64,000 bases of DNA from Escherichia phage vB_Eco_mar004NP2, in sequence record NC_048205.1. One strand, given 5' to 3'. Below, piece after piece: positions 44,369 through 54,793 of the stretch (position 1 is its first letter; each line of letters starts with the position of its first letter). Position numbers and translations under genes: made by a program. Below the pieces are notes generated by a model that saw nothing but the letters and a program-made list of their open reading frames with translations, did not search any database and had not been told where the DNA came from.

Positions 44369-46758
44369 TGGCAATAACTACTAAGATTATTGTACAACAA
44401 ATATTAAATATTGATGATACTAAAGCTACTGCTAGTAAATTTCCTAGATACACAGTAACTCTTGGAAATTCTATTAGCTCTATTACTGCTAATGAGTTAG
44501 TATCTTCTATAGAGGCTGCTGCTAAATCTGCTGCGGCTGCAAAAGATTCTGAAATAGCTGCTAAAACCTCAGAACTTAATGCTAAGAACTCTGAACAGAA
44601 AGCTGCTATTTCTGCTGGAGCTTCTGAAGCTTCTGCTACTCAGTCTGCTACCTCTGCTACTCAGTCTGCCACTTCTGCTACTAAATCCGCAGAATCAGCT
44701 GCAGCTGCAAAAACCTCTGAAACCAATGCTAAGTCTAGTGAAACAAAAGCTAAAACTAGCGAAACTAATGCAAAAGCTAGTGAAACAAAAGCTAAAACTA
44801 GCGAAACTAATGCAAAAGCTAGTGAGGATAAGGCAAAGGCTAGTGAAACCAACGCTGCTGCTTCCGCTGCTGCTGCAAAAATTAGCGAAACTAACGCTAA
44901 AATTAGTGAGACTAATGCTGCTGCGTCTGCTGCCGATTCTAAAGGTTTTAGGGATGAAGCAGAAACATTCGCTAGACAAGCTGCAACATCTGCATCCGCT
45001 GCTAAAGTATCCGAGACTAATGCAAAAGCTAGTGAGACTAAAGCCAAAGCTAGTGAGACTAAAGCCAAAGCTAGTGAGACTAACGCAGCTAGTTCCGCAA
45101 CTTCAGCTAGTCAGTCAGTAACTACTATTCAAGGCTTAAAATCAGATGTTGAGCAGCTAAAATCAGATACTCAGGCCATTAAAAACAGTGCTGTAACAGA
45201 GACAACAGCTATAAAGGCAGATGTTGCGCAGTTAAAAACAGACACACAAGGCATTAAGAATAGCGCGATAACAGAAACTACCACGCTAAAAAACCAAGCT
45301 GCTAATTCTGCAACTAGTGCTGCTAATTCTGCTACTGAAGCAGGAAAACAAGCTACTAATGCTGCTAATAGTGCTAATACTGCTAAAACTGAAGCCGATC
45401 GTTCAAAAACTGAGGCTGATAGATCAGAAGCTGCTGCTAATTCTACCCCCGACATTCAACCTCTTCCAGATGTATGGATACCGTTTAACGATTCTCTAGA
45501 TATGATCACCGGCTTTGCGCCAGGCTATAAAAAAATAACAGTCGGTGATGAGGAAATAACACTGCCCAGTGACAAGATTGTTAGCTTTACACGTGCATCA
45601 ACTGCGACATATATTAATAAATCAGGTGTATTAACTGTTGCGGGGATTGATGAACCTAGATTTGAAAAGGATGGTTTGCTCATTGAGGGGCAAAGAACTA
45701 ACTATCATCTTAACTCACTTACGCCATCTAAGTGGGGAGCTACAACAAGTGTAACTATAACAGAAAGTGGTGTTGATGAGTTTGGATTTACTTATGGGCG
45801 GTTTCAAATAAAGGACGAAAAAATTGGGACAAATACGGCAATGAATATCGCTGCGATTTCAGGAGGAAGAGGTGTCGATGTTACCGGAACTGAAAAGTAT
45901 GTTACAACATCATGTCGTGTAAAAAGCGATAGTGCTAATATACAATGTCGTATAAGATTTGAAAGATATGACGGATCCGCATATTTTTATCTAGCAGATG
46001 CATATCTTAATATAACAGATATGTCCATTAGAAAAACGGGAGTAGGGGCTGCAAGAATAACCGCCCGAGCGGAGAAAGAATCTAATGGATGGATTTATTT
46101 CGAGGTTACATATCAATCTGAAGCTATTGATAATATGGTTGGCTCTCAGATCCAAATTGCTCCACCTGTTTCACCTGGCACTTATTCTGGTGGAGAGTAC
46201 TTACAGGTAGCTACCCCTCAAGTTGAAGGCGGGGCGTGCGCTTCATCGTTTATTATTACAGAAGCGACTCCAGTAACACGGGCAAGCGATATGGTCACAT
46301 TACCAATAAAAAACAACCTTTACAATTTGCCGTTTACAGTACTTGTGGAAGCTCATAAAAACTGGAGTATAACGCCAAATGCAGCGCCACGTGTTTTTGA
46401 TACCAGCGGTCATCAAACCGGAGCGGCTATTATTCTTGCTTTCGGATCTGCCGAAGGCGATAATGATGGTTTCCCTTATTGCGATATAGGTAAATCAAAC
46501 AGAAGGGTTTACGAGAATGCAAAACTAAAAAAGATGATCATGGGAATGAGAGTAAAGAGTGATTACAATACTTGCTGTGTAAGTAATGCCAGAATATCAA
46601 GCGAAACAAAAACGGAATGGAGATACATACAATCAACGGCTACTATAAGGATTGGAGGACAAACAACTACGGGCGAACGTCATCTTTTCGGGCACGTTAG
46701 AAACTTTAGAATCTGGCATAAGGAACTAACTGATAGACAAATGAAGGAGTATGTATGA
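44368..46758 (+). CDS. L-shaped tail fibre protein A with N-terminal tandem repeats and C-terminal LamG-like domain
   Basis: 796 aa; SETNAKASETKAKT repeats; C-terminal RNFRIWHKELTDRQMKEY resembles LamG/ConA-like domain ending. Confidence 0.6.
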   Translation: MAITTKIIVQQILNIDDTKATASKFPRYTVTLGNSISSITANELVSSIEAAAKSAAAAKDSEIAAKTSELNAKNSEQKAAISAGASEASATQSATSATQSATSATKSAESAAAAKTSETNAKSSETKAKTSETNAKASETKAKTSETNAKASEDKAKASETNAAASAAAAKISETNAKISETNAAASAADSKGFRDEAETFARQAATSASAAKVSETNAKASETKAKASETKAKASETNAASSATSASQSVTTIQGLKSDVEQLKSDTQAIKNSAVTETTAIKADVAQLKTDTQGIKNSAITETTTLKNQAANSATSAANSATEAGKQATNAANSANTAKTEADRSKTEADRSEAAANSTPDIQPLPDVWIPFNDSLDMITGFAPGYKKITVGDEEITLPSDKIVSFTRASTATYINKSGVLTVAGIDEPRFEKDGLLIEGQRTNYHLNSLTPSKWGATTSVTITESGVDEFGFTYGRFQIKDEKIGTNTAMNIAAISGGRGVDVTGTEKYVTTSCRVKSDSANIQCRIRFERYDGSAYFYLADAYLNITDMSIRKTGVGAARITARAEKESNGWIYFEVTYQSEAIDNMVGSQIQIAPPVSPGTYSGGEYLQVATPQVEGGACASSFIITEATPVTRASDMVTLPIKNNLYNLPFTVLVEAHKNWSITPNAAPRVFDTSGHQTGAAIILAFGSAEGDNDGFPYCDIGKSNRRVYENAKLKKMIMGMRVKSDYNTCCVSNARISSETKTEWRYIQSTATIRIGGQTTTGERHLFGHVRNFRIWHKELTDRQMKEYV
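44560..45110 (+). repeat. tandem 21-nt (7-aa) coding repeats inside tail-fibre gene
   Basis: repeated GCTAGTGAAAC(A/T)AA(A/T)GC(T/A)AAA units. Confidence 0.8.
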
Positions 46759-47033
46759 GAGATATAATCCTAAAATTCACGGATAAATCAGCATATAAAG
46801 ATTTTCTCTTAAAAATAGAGTGGGATACTAATGAAAATTTGCAAAACCAAATAATGCTTGACGAAATTGGATATACTTATACTGAAATCTCTCCGCTAGG
46901 TGATGAGGAACCTAGATGCATCCGTAATGAAGGGTATTATATTAATGTAAGGATTCTTGATGAATCCTTTACTTACGAATCCTTCGAGCCTTTTATAGTT
47001 CAGCTAGAACAGCCTCTTAGAGTATGGGCATAA
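46755..47033 (+). CDS. hypothetical protein (92 aa)
   Basis: ORF coupled between the two fibre genes. Confidence 0.45.
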   Translation: MRDIILKFTDKSAYKDFLLKIEWDTNENLQNQIMLDEIGYTYTEISPLGDEEPRCIRNEGYYINVRILDESFTYESFEPFIVQLEQPLRVWA

Positions 47034-47042
47034 GGTTTTATA

Positions 47043-48812
47043 ATGGTAACTAAAACAGTAATTCCTACGGATATTACAAAACTTAAAAATGAGTCACTTA
47101 ATAAAAATAATAACCTGAGTGACTTAGCAGACCGTGCAGCAGCATGGCTAAATGTGCGTCCTATTGGATCTACCCCTCTTGCTGGAGATCCTGTTAGTGA
47201 CTATGATGCCGCAACTAAGCGTTGGGTGGAGAACAAACTTAATACTGGCACAGTAGGACCCACAATGAATGGTGTTATGAACTACGGGGTGGGGGATTTT
47301 CATCTTCGAGATAGCCGTGCGTATATTCAACCTTATGAGGTAGTTTCTGATGGGCAGCTTCTTAACAGGGCTGACTGGCCTGAACTTTGGGCGTATGCAC
47401 AAATGGTTGGAGCTATAGATGATTCAGTTTGGTTAGCAGATGTAGGACAACGTGGGAAATATTCTACGGGAGATGGTACCACTACTTTCCGCGTCCCAGA
47501 TCGTAATGGTGTGCAACTAAATTCAATCAAAGGGTTATTCGCTCGTGGTGACGGTGGGGGGGATGCTGGTCAAGCTGGTTCAATATCAGAAGCTGCAGCA
47601 CCCAATATTACTGGTAGTTTTCCTGGCGCTATTGCTGGTGCATATGAAGAAGCGCTTAATAGATATTCATCTAGATTTGGTCTTATTGGGGCGATTGGTG
47701 GTGAAAACGGCTTAGGTGCCGCTCCTGGAGGTGCATCTAAATCATTCGCCGTAGTTAATCCTGATAACCAATACGGATTTAGTTTTGATGCAAACTTAGC
47801 GGACCCTGTTTATGGGCGTTATGGAATAAAAGGTACTATTATTCCAAACAGCTTTATAGGTGTCTGGGTAATCCGTGCTTCTGGTGGGTTCGTGGCTGCA
47901 AAGACTTCGTGGAGTGTTATTAGTGGTGATGCTGTCAAACCTAATACTGGTACTACTGTTTATGGCGGGAGTGTACTATCTGAGTATAAAGTAGGTACTA
48001 GTAGTGAGGCTGTAAGTACACTACGAGCTAAAGCTACTATTGGTGGCACCTACTCTACTGAACTACTAATAGACAATAAATCTACCGGTAAATCGAATTC
48101 CGCCCAGCTTGTAGATAATGGGGATTTTGTAACGGATCGTTTTAAAGCTAGATTAGTTACTGGCATGGCGTGGTCTCAGACTGGCTGGGTACAAGGTACT
48201 CTTTCTCAGAACGAGGTCAATATAGGTAGTACATTTAACTTTAATAGTATATTGAGCGGTTCCCAGTCTTCTTCCGCAGGGTATAAGACATCTGCACATT
48301 TTGGATTAATTCATAATGACTTAGGCTCATTTGCAGATTCTTGTTGGCAGGTAGCGGGAGATGATGATAATAAATTTGGTGTGCGTTTAAAAATTCAGCC
48401 GAATAATAATAGTATTTATTTTTATTCTTGGTGGCCAGGTGCTTCAGCAACCTATACTTTGCAATTAAATGCTGTATCTGATTCTCGCTTAAAGCATGAT
48501 ATTAAGGCTATAGACGCAACTAAGTCCATCGAGGTATTAAAAGGATTAGAATTCCAATCCTTTGTATATAATAACGATGAAAAATCTCGTGTCCGACGTG
48601 GGGTTATTGCTCAGCAAGTAGAGACTATAGAACCACTTTATGTAAAAACTAGAAAATTTTATAATGATGACGGAATAGAGCAGGAGCAAAAGGAATTAGA
48701 TACAACTCCAATGCTTCTTGACACTATGCATGTTGTGCAAGATCTTATTAAACGGATTGAAGATCTAGAGAAAGAGCTTGAGCAATTAAAGGTACAATTA
48801 GTATCACAATAA
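47043..48812 (+). CDS. tail fibre protein B with C-terminal intramolecular chaperone (S74-type autoproteolytic domain)
   Basis: 589 aa; SDSRLKHDI motif and C-terminal coiled coil. Confidence 0.65.
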   Translation: MVTKTVIPTDITKLKNESLNKNNNLSDLADRAAAWLNVRPIGSTPLAGDPVSDYDAATKRWVENKLNTGTVGPTMNGVMNYGVGDFHLRDSRAYIQPYEVVSDGQLLNRADWPELWAYAQMVGAIDDSVWLADVGQRGKYSTGDGTTTFRVPDRNGVQLNSIKGLFARGDGGGDAGQAGSISEAAAPNITGSFPGAIAGAYEEALNRYSSRFGLIGAIGGENGLGAAPGGASKSFAVVNPDNQYGFSFDANLADPVYGRYGIKGTIIPNSFIGVWVIRASGGFVAAKTSWSVISGDAVKPNTGTTVYGGSVLSEYKVGTSSEAVSTLRAKATIGGTYSTELLIDNKSTGKSNSAQLVDNGDFVTDRFKARLVTGMAWSQTGWVQGTLSQNEVNIGSTFNFNSILSGSQSSSAGYKTSAHFGLIHNDLGSFADSCWQVAGDDDNKFGVRLKIQPNNNSIYFYSWWPGASATYTLQLNAVSDSRLKHDIKAIDATKSIEVLKGLEFQSFVYNNDEKSRVRRGVIAQQVETIEPLYVKTRKFYNDDGIEQEQKELDTTPMLLDTMHVVQDLIKRIEDLEKELEQLKVQLVSQ

Positions 48813-48817
48813 AAGAA

Positions 48818-48850
48818 AACCCCAGTGGACAAAATCCACTGGGGTTTATT
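48818..48850. terminator. bidirectional rho-independent terminator
   Basis: CCCCAGTGGA-CAAAAT-TCCACTGGGG with T-tract on plus and A-tract upstream. Confidence 0.75.
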
Positions 48851-48868
48851 ATTTATTTTATATGTAGA

Positions 48869-49315
48869 TTACTTACTTCCTGAACTTCCAAATCCTCCTT
48901 CTCCACGTACAGTCTCTTCTAACTCATCAACGATTTCAAAATTATGAGTTGAGTAATGTGGCAATACCACTAGCTGACAAAGTCTCTCGAAATTCTCCAG
49001 AGTTTGCATTTCAGAACCGTAATTATAGAGGTTCATCTTAATAGTACCACGATAGTCCGAGTCGATCACCCCTGCGGTGTTTGCAATCATCAAATAGCGC
49101 TTACCTAAAGAGCTACGAGGAACCACCAAACCGAACCAACCTCGCGGAATTTCTACCGCGACACCGGTGTCAATCATTAGGGATTTGCCTGGCGCAATAG
49201 CACGTAAATCTGCGGCAGGGTTTGTACCAAAGAATGCTCGCAGATCCATACCTGCGGCATCTTCGGAACCAATCTTAGGCATACAATCTGGATGAGTTAA
49301 TTTAATTTTAATCAT
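48869..49315 (-). CDS. dut: dUTPase
   Basis: 148 aa; motifs VPRSSLG and GVIDSDYRG. Confidence 0.85.
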   Translation of the reverse strand: MIKIKLTHPDCMPKIGSEDAAGMDLRAFFGTNPAADLRAIAPGKSLMIDTGVAVEIPRGWFGLVVPRSSLGKRYLMIANTAGVIDSDYRGTIKMNLYNYGSEMQTLENFERLCQLVVLPHYSTHNFEIVDELEETVRGEGGFGSSGSK

Positions 49316-50187
49316 TGTTCTGCAATCTCCAAAATATCTTTTGTAAACTTATCTAATACATCTTGACCTACAGCAGCAATAGCGTCCACACAGTAGGTAG
49401 GTAAATCAACTAAAATTAGGTTTCGATAAAGCAATTCTTCCGAAGCATTTAAATTCTGTATATATTTCTGTTTTCCAGGTAGTGGAAGCTGATCAATAAT
49501 ATCCAGAACGTTACCAAATTCACGAATAATATTATACCCGCGTTTTGCCCCAATACCTTCAACACCACGGATATTATCCCCTAAATCACCCATAATTGCT
49601 TTCAGAGAGATAAACTGCTCTACATCGTCAACATTATGGTGCTCATACATATCACGAAGATGATATTCACGACGTGTTGTAAAAGAGAAGCGAGAAACTT
49701 TATCAGTTAATAAAGTATCCCAGTCACCATCGGTAGAAATTAGCCAAACATGATCATATAGATGCCCAATCAGCTTAACAATATAAGCTGCCATATCATC
49801 TGCTTCTACACCACGAATAGTGAAGGTTGGGAATGTAGTTTCACATAGTTCGAAAGCATCTTTCAAATACTCGAAAAACTGCTCATCTAACGCTTTTTCC
49901 TCTTCCGTACGCTGAGAGTATTTCTCATCTCGATTCCCTTTATACTCTGGAAGATGCTCTAGGCGGAATGCAGACTTTCCTTTATCCCCTAAAACTATTG
50001 TAGTTCTAGCAGAATAAGATTTTGCTAGAGACTGAATAGTGGAAACATAACTTGAGGCAAATGGTTTTTTACTATTGTTATGTTTGAAGCGGAAGCCTAA
50101 GTTAGTTCCATCAACAATCATTAGGTTACGACGGGAAGCCATTTCAGCTTCCTCTTCTTCAATAAATTTTCCCCAGGATTTACTCAT
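49312..50187 (-). CDS. flap endonuclease/5'-3' exonuclease (D15-like)
   Basis: 291 aa; N-terminal LMIVDGTNLGFR PIN-like motif. Confidence 0.8.
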   Translation of the reverse strand: MSKSWGKFIEEEEAEMASRRNLMIVDGTNLGFRFKHNNSKKPFASSYVSTIQSLAKSYSARTTIVLGDKGKSAFRLEHLPEYKGNRDEKYSQRTEEEKALDEQFFEYLKDAFELCETTFPTFTIRGVEADDMAAYIVKLIGHLYDHVWLISTDGDWDTLLTDKVSRFSFTTRREYHLRDMYEHHNVDDVEQFISLKAIMGDLGDNIRGVEGIGAKRGYNIIREFGNVLDIIDQLPLPGKQKYIQNLNASEELLYRNLILVDLPTYCVDAIAAVGQDVLDKFTKDILEIAEQ

Positions 50188-50669
50188 TATTTAATTAAGT
50201 CCTCAACAGATGCATGATGTAGCCACGGTTCAAATAAACCAATTACGATTTCCATGTCTTTCTTATTTAACACCATATGGGTACGACTCATTAAGTTGTC
50301 AACCATCGGGTCTGCGCTATCCAAAGCTATTAACCACTGTCCTCTGTCTTTTTTGAATATTAATGCAGACTTGGAGTTCATCTGCTCACCTTCACGTGAG
50401 CATTGCTGCCACCACTTCTCTAGAGTGGATTCACCGACATTAAATAAATTACTTGATATATTATCATCTTTATACCACTTAACTTCGAAGCAGTATTTAC
50501 TAATGTGTCCGCTTTGTGGTGGAAGGTAGATGTCACCTTTCAGTCCGTGGCTCTGGCCAAAAGCACCAGAGCCAGGAACACGTTCCCACTCAAGACCTGT
50601 ACGCTCGCGTAGAATATCTCTTACCTGATATTCACCACGTTTACCTTTCTCTCTACTATCTACAGCCAT
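50187..50669 (-). CDS. hypothetical replication-module protein (160 aa)
   Basis: ORF coupled to neighbours. Confidence 0.55.
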   Translation of the reverse strand: MAVDSREKGKRGEYQVRDILRERTGLEWERVPGSGAFGQSHGLKGDIYLPPQSGHISKYCFEVKWYKDDNISSNLFNVGESTLEKWWQQCSREGEQMNSKSALIFKKDRGQWLIALDSADPMVDNLMSRTHMVLNKKDMEIVIGLFEPWLHHASVEDLIK

Positions 50670-50672
50670 GTT

Positions 50673-52511
50673 TTATTCTAAGTAGGAAAATCCTTCTGCA
50701 TCTTTTTTGACAGTAATCTTATGGGCCAATGGATGCGTATGCCCATGAGAAACAATGATAGAGTTTAGACTTTCTTCCTCATTTAATAATTCAACAAGGG
50801 TGTCAAGTCCTTTCGTATCAATAAAGCTAATTACTTCATCAAGGAATAGAAGATTAATATTAACTTTACTAATAGATGTTAGTAGCATTCGAATAGCTAA
50901 CAGAGTTGCTAGGTTGATTCGACTTTGCTGACCAGTAGAGCAGTTCTCCATACTGGTACGGTTTCCATCATTGAAGATTACTACTTGTAATTTTGTTTCA
51001 TCAAGTTCAAATCCAAGTGCGAACTTACCACCAGTCATAATGGAAAGGTATTTATTAATTAGTTCTTCAAATACTTTCACACTATGCTCTAGCTTATACC
51101 CTACCAGATTTTTCAATGCGGCGATCAGAATATCGAGATCAGCAACAGCTTCTGATACTTCATCCAGTTTGGAAGTAATCTCAGACATTTCTGCCTCAGC
51201 TTTCTCAATCTGTTCTAGTTTCGCTTTATATTTTGCATTGGCTAATTCAACATTTGCATTATGCTCTTTGGCAATTGCAACCTTAGAACGTCCATCAGCA
51301 ATTTCCTGTTCTAATTGTCGTATTTGCACCTGTAGGTTTTGCACATTGAGTTCTTCAAAAGAAGCATCACTCATTGAATTTTTGAACTCGTCTCTAGCTG
51401 CTACTGCTTTATCCAAAGCATCCTTTGCTCTAATATACGTAGTGTACTCAAGTTGTTCTTTCTTCAGCTGTTCTAGCTTGGTTTCAAGAGATTGCTTCTC
51501 TTTGAACAGAGGATCATATTCTGTTCTAGCCATATCCATTGCTTTTTGAGCAGCAGTTGTATCCAGGTGAGTACCACAAGTAGGACATTCAGTATTTGAA
51601 GCCTCTTGCTTGAACTTCTGATAACGTTTCTTGACTTCGCCCGCACGTGAGGTCACAATCGTTAGGTCACGCGTAACACTCGAGATCTCTTCATTTTGGT
51701 CGGTGGGCGCAGGCAAATTTTTGAAAGGCTCGAAAGATTGTTCGGCAACTTGTACAGCTTTGTCCAAATTACGCAATTTAGTAATATTAGCCTCTTGAGA
51801 CTTGGCTAATGCCGCCTTAATTTTCGATTCTGTAAGTTCTTGTGCTAATGGTTCTTCATCAAATTCTGGTACTTCGACTGGTTCTTGTAAGGTTCCCAAG
51901 TTATTCTTTCCATTAAGGATTTTTGTAATTACAGCCATTTGGCCCTGCAAATTATTTAAGGTATTTGCTATTTCTTTACGGTCAGCCTTAATAGTTTCTG
52001 ACATTTCTTTATACTGTTCTTGATTGAACAAGTTAACAAGAAAAGCCTTACGTGTTGCATCTGTTGCTTTGAGGAAGTCTAGATTGGAACCAACAGATTG
52101 ATAGATTAGTTTAGTGAATGTTTGGAAGTCACCACCCATAATCTCTTCAATCATCTTGTACGTTTGAGTTGCTGTGTGTCCACTGATATCTTCTCCATTC
52201 TTAATCAGTGTAACCTTAGCAGTTGATTTAACTACTTTATGCAATTCATACTCATCTTCATCTTTCGAGAAGTAAGCATGCATATCATACTCTTTCTTCG
52301 GAGAACCCCAAGAGAATAGGGCGTCCTTCTTGATACCACGTGAGTTCTTGTTATAAAACAATTCCTCAATAACAGTAGCAATAGTGGACTTCCCTAGACC
52401 GTTTCCTCCGATTAACTGAGTAACTGGATTCTTATCGAAATGAATTACGATGTCCCTACCGTAAGACATAACGTTACTAAATTTTAGTGTCTTAATTGTA
52501 ATCTTTGACAT
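50673..52511 (-). CDS. SbcC/Rad50-like ATPase
   Basis: Walker A GGNGLGKST, long coiled-coil middle, C-terminal D-loop LFLDEV; start trimmed to MSKITIKTLKF. Confidence 0.8.
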   Translation of the reverse strand: MSKITIKTLKFSNVMSYGRDIVIHFDKNPVTQLIGGNGLGKSTIATVIEELFYNKNSRGIKKDALFSWGSPKKEYDMHAYFSKDEDEYELHKVVKSTAKVTLIKNGEDISGHTATQTYKMIEEIMGGDFQTFTKLIYQSVGSNLDFLKATDATRKAFLVNLFNQEQYKEMSETIKADRKEIANTLNNLQGQMAVITKILNGKNNLGTLQEPVEVPEFDEEPLAQELTESKIKAALAKSQEANITKLRNLDKAVQVAEQSFEPFKNLPAPTDQNEEISSVTRDLTIVTSRAGEVKKRYQKFKQEASNTECPTCGTHLDTTAAQKAMDMARTEYDPLFKEKQSLETKLEQLKKEQLEYTTYIRAKDALDKAVAARDEFKNSMSDASFEELNVQNLQVQIRQLEQEIADGRSKVAIAKEHNANVELANAKYKAKLEQIEKAEAEMSEITSKLDEVSEAVADLDILIAALKNLVGYKLEHSVKVFEELINKYLSIMTGGKFALGFELDETKLQVVIFNDGNRTSMENCSTGQQSRINLATLLAIRMLLTSISKVNINLLFLDEVISFIDTKGLDTLVELLNEEESLNSIIVSHGHTHPLAHKITVKKDAEGFSYLE

Positions 52512-53469
52512 ATTTCGCAGCTCTAGCCAAGATTCTATCAATGTCGCCTTGAGACAGCTTCTCGACTTCACGGAAGTAAAGTTCAAGTTCCCCTAACATA
52601 TCAAGATCAACAAGATTTAACTTAGCGTCTTTAGTAACTCGATGGTTAATCTTCTTATCTAACAAATCAGAGTCTTTAATAGACTTTAATTGAACAACGT
52701 CACCAGTAACTTCATAGACTACACGATCATAATCACTAGGTTCCATCTCTTCACCTGCTCCGATTGTTTTACGAATCAGTTGTGGTAAATCACCTAGTTC
52801 AATCCATTCTACTTTTAATGTGTCGGTATCAATGATAAAGCAACCATTTGTACCTTTTGTGCGTTCTCTATGGAACGATGTAGTTAATGGAGATCCTGGG
52901 TAGAGAAGTCTAGTAGATCCGATAGTCTGGCTATTAGTATAAGAATGTAAATCGCCAGCAATTACAGTATCATAACAGTTGTACTTAGTTAGATCAATTT
53001 CTGGTTTTACATGTGGAGGGATTTCACCACGAACATGCGTGAAACATAGTTTTGATACAGGAGGTTTCCACTTAGATTTATGGATTTCGTCATATGGAAC
53101 AATATCAAATTCAGGGGAACGATATGGTTTGGTAATTACTTCCCACTTACCACTCGTTACTTTATTAATAACTCCTGCATAATGATATAGGCATGAAATA
53201 GTCTTAGTTATTAATTCATGATTACCTGTAAATACCATTCCTATATGATCTAGCCTAGACATAAATTTTTCTAGAAGTTCTACTTCTTCCGACGACGGGT
53301 CGGAATGATCAAATAAATCACCACCAATAATATGCAAATCACAGTTATGATTATGGAATATATCATTTAACCGTTCTCCTAGCATCAGGAAGCGACGCTT
53401 CTGCCATTCTTTGGGTATCTTATCTTGGCCCAGCTTAATATGATGATCAGCACTAAATAATATTCTCAT
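52492..53469 (-). CDS. SbcD/Mre11-like nuclease
   Basis: MRILFSADHH and GDLFD metallophosphatase motifs; 325 aa. Confidence 0.8.
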   Translation of the reverse strand: MRILFSADHHIKLGQDKIPKEWQKRRFLMLGERLNDIFHNHNCDLHIIGGDLFDHSDPSSEEVELLEKFMSRLDHIGMVFTGNHELITKTISCLYHYAGVINKVTSGKWEVITKPYRSPEFDIVPYDEIHKSKWKPPVSKLCFTHVRGEIPPHVKPEIDLTKYNCYDTVIAGDLHSYTNSQTIGSTRLLYPGSPLTTSFHRERTKGTNGCFIIDTDTLKVEWIELGDLPQLIRKTIGAGEEMEPSDYDRVVYEVTGDVVQLKSIKDSDLLDKKINHRVTKDAKLNLVDLDMLGELELYFREVEKLSQGDIDRILARAAKYVKDYN

Positions 53470-53477
53470 AAGTTAAA

Positions 53478-53497
53478 AAGAAAGGGGCCGAAGCCCC
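53478..53497 (-). terminator. terminator-like hairpin on minus strand
   Basis: AGGGGC-TTCG-GCCCCT followed on minus strand by TTCTTTTT. Confidence 0.5.
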
Positions 53498-53505
53498 TCT
53501 ATTTA

Positions 53506-54279
53506 TTAGTCGTCCAGATCGCTTGCAGCTTCTGTGTCAATACCTTTCTGGGAGCCTGCATTGCTATTACCAGATTTGGCATCATCATCTTTATTCTCAC
53601 GACCCTCCATGAAGGCTTGAATTGCTTCTTTCTGCTCTTCATAGGTAGGAACCGGATAGGTTTGTTCCAGAGAAGGAACTTTTTCGAACTTAATGATGTC
53701 GCCATCTTCATCACACATAGCTTCACCGATCAGATCTACATCTGCAGCATATTGCTTAGATTCTGCACTGTTAGGATCTTGCAGCTTAATCTGGAACTGC
53801 ATAGCAGCAATCTGCTGTACATCATACTCAGTATCGAAACCTTTACCTTTTTTCTCGATAGAAATATCAATATCAAACGGAGTTGCCAGATTCAACTGCT
53901 TCATGATAGACTGGATGCCTTTCAGAATAGTAGCCTTGACTTCCATTACTTTCAGTTTGTTATCAGAACGGTCGATAACAAAAGCGATATAGTTTTTCTT
54001 CGGTTTCAGCGGAACACGATTACCGTCTTTATCCAGCTCTTTCTCGAAGAAGCCCATCTCATGAACCGGATCAGCTTTACCACGAACAAAGCTCTCTTTG
54101 TCACGGTTAAAACGGAGACATTCAAAAGGAGCTACGTTACCCTCTTTATTAGTCAGCCAATAGACATAACGTGGAAGAACACCAGAAACGATACGGACAC
54201 GAGTGATACCGTTGTTGAACTTCAGGAATTCGATTTTATCGTTAGAACCGCCAGTAGTTTCGCCCCAAGACTTAGCCAT
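53506..54279 (-). CDS. hypothetical replication-associated protein (257 aa)
   Basis: ORF with acidic C-terminus. Confidence 0.6.
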   Translation of the reverse strand: MAKSWGETTGGSNDKIEFLKFNNGITRVRIVSGVLPRYVYWLTNKEGNVAPFECLRFNRDKESFVRGKADPVHEMGFFEKELDKDGNRVPLKPKKNYIAFVIDRSDNKLKVMEVKATILKGIQSIMKQLNLATPFDIDISIEKKGKGFDTEYDVQQIAAMQFQIKLQDPNSAESKQYAADVDLIGEAMCDEDGDIIKFEKVPSLEQTYPVPTYEEQKEAIQAFMEGRENKDDDAKSGNSNAGSQKGIDTEAASDLDD

Positions 54280-54556
54280 ATTTTATTTCCTCTTTAAAGA
54301 TTAATTTCGATTTGTTAATTGCGATTAGTGGGTTAGTGTCGATTACTAAACGTGGTATCCATACTGGAACATATTGTATGTTCAAACTAGGATCGTTTGT
54401 AAACTTGTATTCGGCATAATTTCGTAGACTTAAAATTCCTAGATATTCTGCCAGTTGTCTATTAGACAATTTATTTGGATTATCAACTATTGTTGACTCA
54501 TTCAAAATGAATGAGGAACCGACCAATAATTGGTGAGCATCAGGCTCTATGAGCAT
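54272..54556 (-). CDS. hypothetical protein (94 aa)
   Basis: ORF downstream of two promoters. Confidence 0.5.
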   Translation of the reverse strand: MLIEPDAHQLLVGSSFILNESTIVDNPNKLSNRQLAEYLGILSLRNYAEYKFTNDPSLNIQYVPVWIPRLVIDTNPLIAINKSKLIFKEEIKYG

Positions 54557-54663
54557 TCTTTTGAATAACTTAATAATTAGGTCGGAATTTCCTCTAGCTA
54601 GTAAGTATAGCTTTTCATAATCGAAGAATTTAATTTTTGTTTTCTCCTCGAATTTATGTATAT

Positions 54664-54693
54664 ATTATACTAGATTTCGAGAGAATTTAGCAA
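54664..54693 (-). promoter_or_regulatory. sigma70-type promoter TTGCTA-N18-TATAAT (minus strand)
   Basis: reverse complement read directly; contains conserved TATAATATATACATAAATT element. Confidence 0.5.
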
Positions 54694-54764
54694 CTAAAAT
54701 TTTTATTTTTCTGCTTCGGACTTTCTTATCAATCCGAAACTTTCTCTCTCAAATTTATGTATAT

Positions 54765-54793
54765 ATTATACATCATTTATGAGCTGTTGCCAA
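54765..54793 (-). promoter_or_regulatory. sigma70-type promoter TTGGCA-N17-TATAAT (minus strand)
   Basis: second copy of TATAATATATACATAAATT element; overlaps 3' end of helicase gene. Confidence 0.5.

Noticed and set aside
44579-45121. 180-aa Leu/Lys-rich plus-strand ORF in an alternative frame of the tail-fibre repeat region
   Set aside because: Product of the tandem repeat read out of frame; the in-frame fibre ORF is continuous and far better supported.
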